In this document: positions 56,777-64,000 of the stretch, piece by piece
Numbering within the stretch: the stretch's first letter is position 1
Layout: each line of letters begins with the position of its first letter
Assembly: GCA_963762685.1 (NCBI GenBank)
Contig: CAVXLV010000006.1
Span: 167,308-231,307, forward strand
Direction of reading: 5' to 3'
DNA: 64,000 nucleotides
From: an uncultured Verrucomicrobiae bacterium
Lineage (GTDB): Bacteria; Verrucomicrobiota; Verrucomicrobiia; Chthoniobacterales; UBA10450
Notes under the pieces: model-generated
The model's database searches: none
What the model was told of the DNA's origin: nothing
The model's input: only the letters and a program-made list of their open reading frames with translations
Made by a program: the position numbers and the translations under genes

Positions 56777-59150
56777 ATGAAAGTCTCTAGAATGCGCAGC
56801 TTTATTTCACGCTACACCCACTGGTTGCATACGCAGTGGCCCGCCGGCACGGTCGAAAAATTACCCGCGTCGGGCGAGAACGGCCTAACGAATGTGGAGG
56901 GCGTGCGCATCGTGGGCGATCTCACGGGCATTCCGCTGCTGAAGTTTTCTTCCCACACCGGGGCCGAGGCGGTGCGGGCTATTTTGCGCGAAGCGGAGTT
57001 TCGTAAAGGAGAGGGCGAGACGCTGGATCTCGCGATCATCGGCGCGGGGGTCGCGGGCATCTCGGCCGCGATCGAGGCGCGGAAAGCAGGGCTGAACTTT
57101 ATCGTGCTGGAGGCCACGGAAATTTTCTCCACGGTCGTCAACTTTCCGAAAGCAAAACCGATCTACACCTACCCGACGGAGATGAAACTGGAGGGCGGGC
57201 TGCATTTTCACGCTGAGGTGAAGGAGGCGCTTGCTGGAGGAGATGCGGGAGCAGGCGGAAGAGGCGGAAATCGAAGTGACTCCGGGACGCGTGGAGCGGA
57301 TCGAACGCAGCGGCAACGAATTAATCCTGCACCTGGCAGAGGGCGAGCCGGCGCGGGCGCGGCGCGTGATCGTGGCGATCGGGCGGAGCGGAAATTTCCG
57401 CAAGCTCGGCGTGCCAGGTGAGGAGCTCGACAAGGTTTCCAATCGTCTCTTTGACCCGAAGGAGTTCGCGGGGAAAAAGGCGCTGGTCGTGGGTGGCGGA
57501 GACTCCGCGCTGGAAACAGCGATCGCGCTCACGAAGTCGGGCGCAGACGTGACGCTTAGTTATCGGGGCGAGGAATTATCGCGCGCGAAGCCGGACAACA
57601 TCGCCAAGGTGCAGATGCTGGCGGTGAACGCGGAGGCGGATGTGCAAGTGGAACGGCCGAAGTCCGAACGCGTGAATAGCGCGATGACTTCCGGCATGCG
57701 CGGCGCGAAAGGCGGCGTTCTGAAGCTGGCCCTCGGCACGAACGTGACGCGAATCGAGCCTGAGCAAGTCTTCCTCAAAAATGGGACCGAGGAAGCGCTG
57801 CCTAACGACGTCGTTTTCACCATGCTCGGCCGTGAGGCCCCGCTGGATTTTTTCCGCCGGAGCGGATTGCATGTGCGCGGCGATTGGCGGCCGTGGACGT
57901 GGATCAGTTGTATCGCGTTCGTTCTTTTCTGCGTGGTGCTCTACCACTGGAAGAGCAATCATCCTCTGGAGTTCCCGGTGCAGAAGTGGGCCAACCAGCA
58001 GCAGGCCTTTCCCTACAATGTGCCGAAAGCGATCGACGCAGTGGGCGGCAAGATTGCGGAGTGGTCCAGTCGCGAAACGAACCTGCTCTACACCATCAAA
58101 CGCGGCCTCGGGAATCCGGCGTTTTATTACACGCTCGCCTACTGCACGTGCGTCTTCGTTTTCGGCCTCCGCCGAATTCGCCGGCGCCGCACGCCCTACG
58201 TCACGTTGCAGACGATTGTGCTCATCTGCTCGCAATGTATTCCGCTCTTCATTTTGCCGGAGTTGATTCTGCCGTGGATGGGGCGGAACGGCCTGTTCGA
58301 GCCCGGACAGCCGCTGCATTGGCTGGCTAATCAATTATTCGAAAGCTACGACGGCTCGTTAGGCCACGAGCGCGCCTACTGGCGGGCTTACGGTTTCATC
58401 CTCGCTTTCCCGCTGAACGTTTACAACGTTTTCACCGATCACCCGCTGTGGCTCTGGCTCGGGATTAGTTTCGTCCAAACCTTCGTCATTATTCCGCTCA
58501 TCATCTTTCGCTGGGGCAAAGGCGCTTACTGCGGCTGGATCTGCTCCTGCGGCGCGCTCGCGGAAACGATGGGCGATACCCAGCGCGAGAAAATGCCGCA
58601 CGGGCCATTCTGGAATCGGCTCAATATGGTCGGGCAAGCCGCGCTCGTTTTCGCATTCGCGATTCTCGGATTGCGCATCGCCGGCTGGGCGCTGGGCGAG
58701 GATTCGTGGGCCACGCTTTGGTATCACAAGCTCTTCGAAGGCATCCCGTTTCTGAATTACGCCTGGAGCGTCGATATCTTCATGGGCGGCATCCTCGGCG
58801 TGGGACTTTACTTTTGGTTTAGCGGTCGCGTTTGGTGCCGCTTCGCCTGTCCGCTGGCCGCTCTCATGCACGTCTACACGCGCTTTTCGCGTTACCGCAT
58901 CTTCCCAGAGAAATCGAAATGCATCTCGTGCAACGTTTGCACCTCCGTCTGTCACCAAGGCATCGACGTCATGAGCTTTGCCAACAAAGGACTTCCGATG
59001 GAGGACCCGGAGTGCGTGCGTTGCTCCGCCTGCGTGCAACAATGCCCGACCGGCGTGCTCGCGTTCGGTCGCTACGATGGCCAACAGCAGATCGTGCTGG
59101 ATAAGATTCCCGCTTCGCCCGTGCGGATGCGGGAAGGGAGGCAGGGTTAA
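56777..59150 (+). pseudogene. membrane-bound NAD(P)/FAD-binding oxidoreductase fused to a polytopic 4Fe-4S ferredoxin domain (NapH/MauN-like), one +1 frameshift
   Basis: N-terminal piece: DLAIIGAGVAGISAAIEARKAG (FAD dinucleotide fold). Second fold: KALVVGGGDSALETAIAL. Then TM helices with Cys clusters GWICSCGALAE, CRFACPLAALMH, CISCNVCTSVCHQG and CVRCSACVQQCPTG. The join is near 57228-57231. The span is 2374 nt, which is 3n+1. Confidence 0.7.
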
Positions 59151-59243
59151 CCGCGGAGGATGCGGAGCGCGCGGCGGAAATCCGCGCGGCACGACGCCGG
59201 CGCGCATGTTGCGGAGGCCAGCATCTCGTTTGATGGTTTCGCC

Positions 59244-59720
59244 ATGACGATGGAAAAAGCGATGTTCGGCGCAGGTTGTTTTTGGGGCGTGGAAACGACG
59301 TTCCGAAATATCAATGGAGTGACCGAAGCGGCGGTCGGCTACGCCGGCGGCCAGACGGAGAATCCGACTTATGAGCAGGTTTGCCGCGAGAACACTGGTC
59401 ACGCAGAAGTAGTGGAAGTGGAGTTCGATCCGGAAAAGGTGAGCTATCAGCAATTGCTCGAAGTTTTTTGGACGAATCACGATCCGACCACGCTCAATCG
59501 TCAGGGGCCGGATGTAGGCAGCCAATATCGTTCCGTGGTTTTTTATCACACGCCGGAGCAAAAGGCGGCCGCGGAAGAAGCCAAGATTGCCCTGAACGAA
59601 AGCGGCCGGTTTTCTCGTCCGATCGTGACCTCGATCGAAGCCGCGCCGAAATTTTATCGCGCGGAAGAATATCATCAGCGTTATCTCGAAAAACGCGGCC
59701 TGGCGCATTGCGCGATTTGA
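59244..59720 (+). CDS. msrA: peptide-methionine (S)-S-oxide reductase MsrA
   Basis: Realistic start at 59244 ([17 protein letters not shown]). Motifs: [39 protein letters not shown]. Confidence 0.9.
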   Translation: MTMEKAMFGAGCFWGVETTFRNINGVTEAAVGYAGGQTENPTYEQVCRENTGHAEVVEVEFDPEKVSYQQLLEVFWTNHDPTTLNRQGPDVGSQYRSVVFYHTPEQKAAAEEAKIALNESGRFSRPIVTSIEAAPKFYRAEEYHQRYLEKRGLAHCAI

Positions 59721-59725
59721 CGCGG

Positions 59726-60436
59726 ATGCCTGGGAAAAAGCCAGAGGTCGTCCGCACGCAAAACTTCGTCCGCGATGCGGCGCAGTTCATTTTGCAACAG
59801 GCGCACACTGCCCTCGGCGAGCGCGGTGAATTTCGGATCGCGCTTTCCGGCGGCCGCACGCCGCGGCCGGTTTATGAGGAGCTCGCGCGCAGCGGGCGCG
59901 ATCTACCTTGGGAGCAGATTCAAATCAGCTTCGGCGACGAACGTTGCGTGCCGCCCGATCACGTGGAGAGCAACTACCGAATGGCGCGGGAAGCGCTCTT
60001 TGTTCCGGCGTCGATTCCAGCCGGATCCATTCTCCGGATGCGGGGGGAAGCGGAGCCGACTTTGGCGGCGCAGGAATACGAAGACCAACTCAGCCTGCTG
60101 GCCACGCAAAAAGGAGAAGTCACTTACCGGCACGATTTGATTTTGCTCGGCCTCGGCGACGATGGCCACACGGCCTCGCTGTTTCCCGGCACGTCCGCGC
60201 TGGATGAAAAATTGCGGAAGGTGGTTGCTAATTTCGTCCCGAAGTTGAACGCCTGGCGTTTGACTTTTACCCTGCCGCTGATCGCGGCGGCGCGGCACGT
60301 TTGCTTTCTCGTGGATGGGACGAAACATCCGGAATTGATCGAGAAAGTGCTGCAATCCGATCTCCAGTATCCCGCGGCGCGCGCGCAAGAGGGGGCGAGC
60401 GCTGTGACCTGGATCATCGGCCAGCCCACTTCATGA
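59726..60436 (+). CDS. pgl: 6-phosphogluconolactonase
   Basis: Start ATG at 59726 (MPGKKPEVV). Motifs: [44 protein letters not shown]. Confidence 0.85.
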   Translation: MPGKKPEVVRTQNFVRDAAQFILQQAHTALGERGEFRIALSGGRTPRPVYEELARSGRDLPWEQIQISFGDERCVPPDHVESNYRMAREALFVPASIPAGSILRMRGEAEPTLAAQEYEDQLSLLATQKGEVTYRHDLILLGLGDDGHTASLFPGTSALDEKLRKVVANFVPKLNAWRLTFTLPLIAAARHVCFLVDGTKHPELIEKVLQSDLQYPAARAQEGASAVTWIIGQPTS

Positions 60437-61506
60437 AAAAGAAAACGATCATCGTCACCGGTTCTGCTGGCCTGATTGGGTCCGAGACCGTGAAACGGTT
60501 CGCCCGCGACGGCTACCATATCGTCGGCATCGATAACGACATGCGGAGCCGTTTTTTCGGCGCGGAAGCTTCGACCCGCGGAACGCGCGATCAGCTGGTG
60601 CAGACCATCGGCGAATACGAGCACCACGATATCGACATTCGGGACGCGAAGGCGGTGCGCGATGTCTTCCAGCAGCACCGCGCCAACATCGTGGCGACGG
60701 TGCACACGGCGGCGCAGCCTTCGCACGATTGGGCGGCGCGCGATCCGCAAATGGATTTCACCGTGAATGCGAACGGAACGCTGAACATGCTCGAAGCTGC
60801 GCGTGAATTTTGCCTGGAGGCGCCGTTCGTTTTTACGTCTACGAACAAGGTCTACGGCGACACGCCAAATCGTCTGCCGCTGCGCGAACTGGATTTGCGC
60901 TGGGAGATCGCGGAGGGCCACGAATATGAGCCCGGCATTTCCGAGACCATGAGCATCGATCACACGAAGCATTCGCTCTTCGGCGCGTCGAAGGCGGCGG
61001 CCGATATTCTGGTCCAGGAGTATGGGCGTTATTTTGGAATGCCGACCGCGTGTTTCCGCGGCGGATGTCTTACCGGACCAGCGCACGCGGGCACGGAGCT
61101 GCACGGATTTTTATCCTACCTCATGAAATGCACGGTGACCGGTCGGCCGTATCGCGTCTTTGGTTACAACGGCAAACAGGTGCGCGATAACATTCACAGC
61201 TTCGATCTCGTGGAAGCGTTCGCCGCCTTTATCGACGCGCCGCGCGCCGGCGAGGTTTACAATCTGGGCGGCAGCCGACACAGCAATTGCTCGATGTTGG
61301 AAGCGATCAATCTCTGTGAAGAAATCAGCGGCAAGCGTCTAACTTGGAAATACGAAGAGGATAATCGCATCGGCGATCACATCTGGTGGATCAGCGATGT
61401 GCGCCGGTTTCAGGAGCATTATCCGGCGTGGAAATTCCGTTATGGTCTGCGCGAGATCATGGAGGAAATCCATGCGGCCGTGGTCGCGACGGAAGCGATC
61501 GCCTAA
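60433..61506 (+). CDS. SDR-family NAD-dependent sugar epimerase/dehydratase
   Basis: Start ATG at 60433 (ATGA overlap with the pgl stop). Motifs: [26 protein letters not shown], and YxxxK in FGASKAAAD. 357 aa. Confidence 0.85.
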   Translation: MKKKTIIVTGSAGLIGSETVKRFARDGYHIVGIDNDMRSRFFGAEASTRGTRDQLVQTIGEYEHHDIDIRDAKAVRDVFQQHRANIVATVHTAAQPSHDWAARDPQMDFTVNANGTLNMLEAAREFCLEAPFVFTSTNKVYGDTPNRLPLRELDLRWEIAEGHEYEPGISETMSIDHTKHSLFGASKAAADILVQEYGRYFGMPTACFRGGCLTGPAHAGTELHGFLSYLMKCTVTGRPYRVFGYNGKQVRDNIHSFDLVEAFAAFIDAPRAGEVYNLGGSRHSNCSMLEAINLCEEISGKRLTWKYEEDNRIGDHIWWISDVRRFQEHYPAWKFRYGLREIMEEIHAAVVATEAIA

Positions 61507-61533
61507 CGATCGAGTCCCCACTTGCTCGAACCG

Positions 61534-62001
61534 CTAGTATTCTTCGCCTTCGTCCACCCCGCCGGACGGAATCCGATCCTGCACCACGTAGACGTGGACC
61601 ATCACGCACAGCCAATAGACCGGCAAAATCATCACGCCGAAACCGGCTGTTCCGGTGGCCAGCAAGAGCGCACCTCCGAGCGCCGCGGGTGTGCCCAAAA
61701 ACATGAGTAATAAGCCCACCACGCGGTGCCCTTTGTAGATATGACCGAGGCCCGGCAGAAGGCTCAGCAAAACCGCAACGACGTCGCTCGCCTTCCCTTC
61801 CACTTCGAACTCATGGCTCTCGCGGATCCAGTCACAATTGCTGCAACTCTTGGCATCGGCTGGCAAAGTGTGTCCACAAAGCGGGCACGCCATCGTCCCG
61901 TCTGCGAGGCTGGGAGTTTCCGCTGAAGGTGCGTCGGTATATTCCAAAATAATTTCCTCGGTCGATTGGTGAGAGCTGCTGCGTCTTCGCCAAAGTCCCA
62001 A
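61534..62001 (-). CDS. zinc-ribbon + TM membrane protein (hypothetical)
   Basis: CPLCGHTLPADAKSCSNCDW zinc ribbon, followed by 2-3 TM helices with an LLPGLGHIYKGH motif. The start is uncertain: 62001, or the internal M at 61893. Confidence 0.5.
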   Translation of the reverse strand: MGLWRRRSSSHQSTEEIILEYTDAPSAETPSLADGTMACPLCGHTLPADAKSCSNCDWIRESHEFEVEGKASDVVAVLLSLLPGLGHIYKGHRVVGLLLMFLGTPAALGGALLLATGTAGFGVMILPVYWLCVMVHVYVVQDRIPSGGVDEGEEY

Positions 62002-62082
62002 GCCGGAAAGAATCCGTCAAGAAAAGTCAGCAGCGGATTTGTCTCCGGATTCCGCATGGTGCGAATCCCGCGCGATGCGGAT

Positions 62083-62264
62083 CGAGTTAATGTGTGCGTA
62101 GCCGCGGCACCCCTCTTATCCCACCGAAGTAGAGGAGCGGCTGCAGAAGCGATTGGCCTCAAAGTGGAGAAGGCCGGGTTTCAATTTGAAGGACGTCTCC
62201 GCAAAAACGTGGTGGAGGCGATGGTGAGATTTTGGATTCGCTGGTTTGCTCCGTGGTTCGATGA
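62083..62264 (+). pseudogene. possible C-terminal remnant of a RimJ/RimL-type GNAT acetyltransferase
   Basis: In otherwise non-coding DNA, one frame reads RVNVCVAA....IGLKVEKAGFQFEGRLRKNVV. After a 1-nt shift at about 62209-62213 it reads GGGDGEILDSLVCSVVR, then a stop (62262-62264). This resembles the GNAT C-terminal pattern (xKxGFxxEGxLRxxxxxxGxxxDxxxYSxxR). No N-terminal part is detectable. Confidence 0.3.
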
Positions 62265-62372
62265 ATTGATGACGCGCTCCGTCGGCGCAGTACCGCACAA
62301 TTTGGTTGTGGAAAGCGGGATTCTTCACATGATCGACGACCGACGCCGCGCTTCGGAACATCCTGCCTCACA

Positions 62373-63128
62373 ATGTCTTCACTCAACGGGATCGTTCACC
62401 ATCTCGACGAATATCTGCGCGTCGCAGAATGCGCTGATTGGTCGCAAGCGTTGAACGGGTTGCAGGTCGAGAACTCCGGAAAAGTGAGCAAGATCGGCGC
62501 GGCGGTGGATGCCTCCACCCGCACCTTCCAGCTCGCGGCGGATGCGGGGGTCGATCTGCTTTTGGTGCATCACGGTCTTTTCTGGCCGGGACTGCAAGCG
62601 GTCACCGGCCCGTTTCGCCGCCAAGTCGCCTTTCTTTTCGAGCATGATATCGCGCTCTACAGCGCGCATCTGCCGCTCGATATCCATCCGTTGCTGGGGA
62701 ATAACGCGCAGCTTGTTTCCGCTCTCGGACTGGAAGGCGCGGAACCATTTCTCGAAACCAAAGGGCAGCTCGTGGGCCTGAAAGTTCAAACCAAAATAGA
62801 ACGCGCTGAATTGTTGCAACGGTTTGAGCGTTCGTTAGGCGGTCCGGTTCAGACTTTCAATCACGGCCCCGCCGAGGCTCAGACTATCGGGGTGGTGACG
62901 GGCGGCGCCGGCTCCGAGATTTACGCCGCCGCCAAGGCGGGCGTGGACACGCTTCTCACCGGTGAAGCACCACACTGGGCGGCGGTGGCGGCGGAGGAAC
63001 TCGGCGTCAATCTCTTGTTAGGCGGCCACTACGCCACGGAGACTTTCGGAGTGAAAGCGCTCGCGGCGTATGCCGGCAATCGCTTCGGCCTGCCATGGGA
63101 ATTTCTCTCCGCGCCCACAGGTTTGTGA
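62373..63128 (+). CDS. Nif3-like dinuclear metal center protein (YbgI/GTP cyclohydrolase 1 type 2 homolog)
   Basis: 251 aa: NGLQVENSGKVSKIGAAVDAS, DLLLVHHGLFW, SAHLPLD, and a GGHYATE C-terminal block. Confidence 0.85.
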   Translation: MSSLNGIVHHLDEYLRVAECADWSQALNGLQVENSGKVSKIGAAVDASTRTFQLAADAGVDLLLVHHGLFWPGLQAVTGPFRRQVAFLFEHDIALYSAHLPLDIHPLLGNNAQLVSALGLEGAEPFLETKGQLVGLKVQTKIERAELLQRFERSLGGPVQTFNHGPAEAQTIGVVTGGAGSEIYAAAKAGVDTLLTGEAPHWAAVAAEELGVNLLLGGHYATETFGVKALAAYAGNRFGLPWEFLSAPTGL

Positions 63129-63148
63129 ACTCGCATCGATAGGTATTT

Positions 63149-64000
63149 ATGGAAGGCATCGTCACTTGCGGTTTCCTCGGAGTCTTCGCGTTCGCAATCA
63201 TCGCCATCGCGGTTTTCTTCACGCAGCGCGCGCGGCTGCGGAAGCTGCAACTCACCGTGGAAACAATCGCGCTCCGCGTCGCCGCGCTCGAGGCGGGTGG
63301 AATCACAACGACCGCGGCGCCGACAACCGGCCCCGACGGCGGCGCCACCACCCCGAGCCGTCGCCACACCTCCGCCGCTCCCCGTGATCGGCGCACCGTC
63401 TCGCCAGCGCCGCCGCCGTTGGTCGCGTCAGCCCCGCGAAAATCGTTGGTGCCGGCTATCGATTGGGAAGCGTTCATGGGCGTGAAGCTTTTCGGTTGGG
63501 TGGGGGGCTTCGTCCTGTTTCTCGGGGTCGTCTTGCTGGTGAAATACGCTTTCCAGAACAATCTCATCACCCCGGTCATGCAGATCGTTCTTGGCGCGGT
63601 CACGGGGCTCGCCCTCATTGCCGGCGGCTGGTTTGCCGCGGTGCGGAATTACCGCGCGCCGGGCCAGAGCCTGTGCGCGACCGGTGTGCTCGTGCTCTAC
63701 GCCGCCATCTTTGCTGGGCACGCCTACCATCAGTTGCTCCCGCTGCCGGTGACGTTCGTTTTGATGTCGGCCATTACACTCATGGCCTTTTTGCTCGCGG
63801 TAATTCTCGACGCGCAGGTGGTCGTGGTGCTGGGCTTGTTAGGCGGATTTCTGACGCCGCCACTGCTGAACAGCGGTTTGGATAATCCGCTCTTTCTCTT
63901 CGGCTATGTGGCTCTCCTCAATTTCGGACTGGCCGCGGTCGCCCTGCGAAAAAAATGGGACTATCTCCTCCTGCTCGCCGCGGTCGGTGCGGTCCTGACT
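63149..64000 (+). CDS. DUF2339-like polytopic membrane protein, 5' part (runs off window end)
   Basis: ATG at 63149: MEGIVTCGFLGVFAFAIIAIAVFFTQRARLRKLQLTVETIALRVAALEAG. This is followed by a Pro/Thr-rich linker and repeated TM helices (IDWEAFMGVKLFGWVGGFVLFLGVVLLVKYAFQN..). The frame stays open to position 64000. It is not in the ORF track because it has no stop. Confidence 0.65.
   Translation, partial: MEGIVTCGFLGVFAFAIIAIAVFFTQRARLRKLQLTVETIALRVAALEAGGITTTAAPTTGPDGGATTPSRRHTSAAPRDRRTVSPAPPPLVASAPRKSLVPAIDWEAFMGVKLFGWVGGFVLFLGVVLLVKYAFQNNLITPVMQIVLGAVTGLALIAGGWFAAVRNYRAPGQSLCATGVLVLYAAIFAGHAYHQLLPLPVTFVLMSAITLMAFLLAVILDAQVVVVLGLLGGFLTPPLLNSGLDNPLFLFGYVALLNFGLAAVALRKKWDYLLLLAAVGAVLT

Noticed and set aside
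1297-59150. Programmed ribosomal frameshifting or transcriptional slippage as an explanation for the split genes.
   Set aside because: There are too many sites, spread across unrelated genes. No shared slippery heptamer or downstream stimulatory structure is visible, and the shift sites are short mixed homopolymers or non-repetitive positions. Known programmed +1 cases (prfB-type) have a specific context that is not seen here.
1766-60388. Many long ORFs lie antisense to, or out of frame with, the genes called above. Examples: 1766..2638 (+), 4551..5408 (-), 7378..8295 (-), 23280..24236 (-), 24619..26079 (-), 35405..36169 (-), 44853..45899 (-), 58359..59708 (-), 60124..61104 (-).
   Set aside because: These are typical high-GC shadow ORFs. 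Their translations are Arg/Pro/Gly/His-rich and low in complexity, they have no recognisable motifs, and each fully overlaps a gene with clear family signatures on the other strand or frame.
280-61500. The palindromic octamer GCGATCGC (the HIP1 word of cyanobacteria) recurs at least a dozen times, for example near 291, 2281, 4413, 10838, 20660, 28358, 39303, 47875, 57524 and 61493.
   Set aside because: It is most simply explained by codon usage in high-GC coding DNA: Ala-Ile-Ala and similar contexts (GCG ATC GCx), with ATC as the dominant Ile codon. Unlike TCGTTAGGC, it needs no rare codon, so I do not treat it as a separate signal without a Markov-corrected count.
7043-63844. TTAGGC inside the 9-mer is identical to a nematode-type telomere repeat unit.
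   Set aside because: The copies are single, dispersed and embedded in genes, and never tandem. The resemblance is coincidental.
1-64000. CRISPR arrays, transposases/IS elements, prophage genes, toxin-antitoxin pairs and recognisable defence systems.
   Set aside because: No regularly spaced direct repeats were seen. No ORF carries transposase, integrase, Cas, restriction-methylase or abortive-infection signatures. The EEP nuclease-like gene (22509..23490) has no partner genes that would suggest a defence operon.

Overview
High-GC (about 60% or more by eye) bacterial chromosomal segment. The gene content looks like a soil Verrucomicrobiota- or Acidobacteriota-type organism: tandem ADOP-type duplicated FtsX permeases, a DUF4349 anti-sigma factor, DUF2339, and GT-C/GT2 envelope glycan genes. 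Taxonomy cannot be proven without a database search.

I can support about 50 protein genes and 3 tRNAs (Asn-GTT, initiator-type Met-CAT, Cys-GCA). I found no rRNA, CRISPR array, transposase, integrase or phage genes.

Functional themes:
- Two envelope/exopolysaccharide loci: a PPTase plus flippase, a GT-C plus GH-like/GT2 fusion, and a roughly 1100-aa GH18-like/NodB-deacetylase/processive-GT2 synthase followed by a GH26-like hydrolase.
- A secreted-hydrolase operon (two M16 peptidases, an NPP phosphodiesterase, an ABC-F ATPase).
- kup.
- A VWA protein followed by a two-component system and an S9 peptidase.
- A halogenase-like FAD enzyme, lipoprotein, MMPL and LolA-like module.
- LptF/G plus three tandem ADOP permeases.
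- An ECF sigma/anti-sigma pair next to an L,D-transpeptidase.
- A redox-repair set: msrB, msrA, a thioredoxin-like protein, and a membrane FAD/4Fe-4S protein.
- pgl and a sugar epimerase.

Two window-wide signals stand out:
1. The asymmetric 9-mer TCGTTAGGC occurs at least 17 times exactly, in every reading frame, on both strands and in intergenic DNA. It forces the rare TTA codon, so it behaves like a DNA-level recognition word (uptake-sequence, Chi or KOPS class).
2. At least 15 otherwise well-conserved genes are broken by about 26 single-base frameshifts, almost all +1. This points either to uncorrected insertion-type assembly errors or to unusual pseudogenisation.

All coordinates of shifted genes are reconstructed by eye from the six-frame track.
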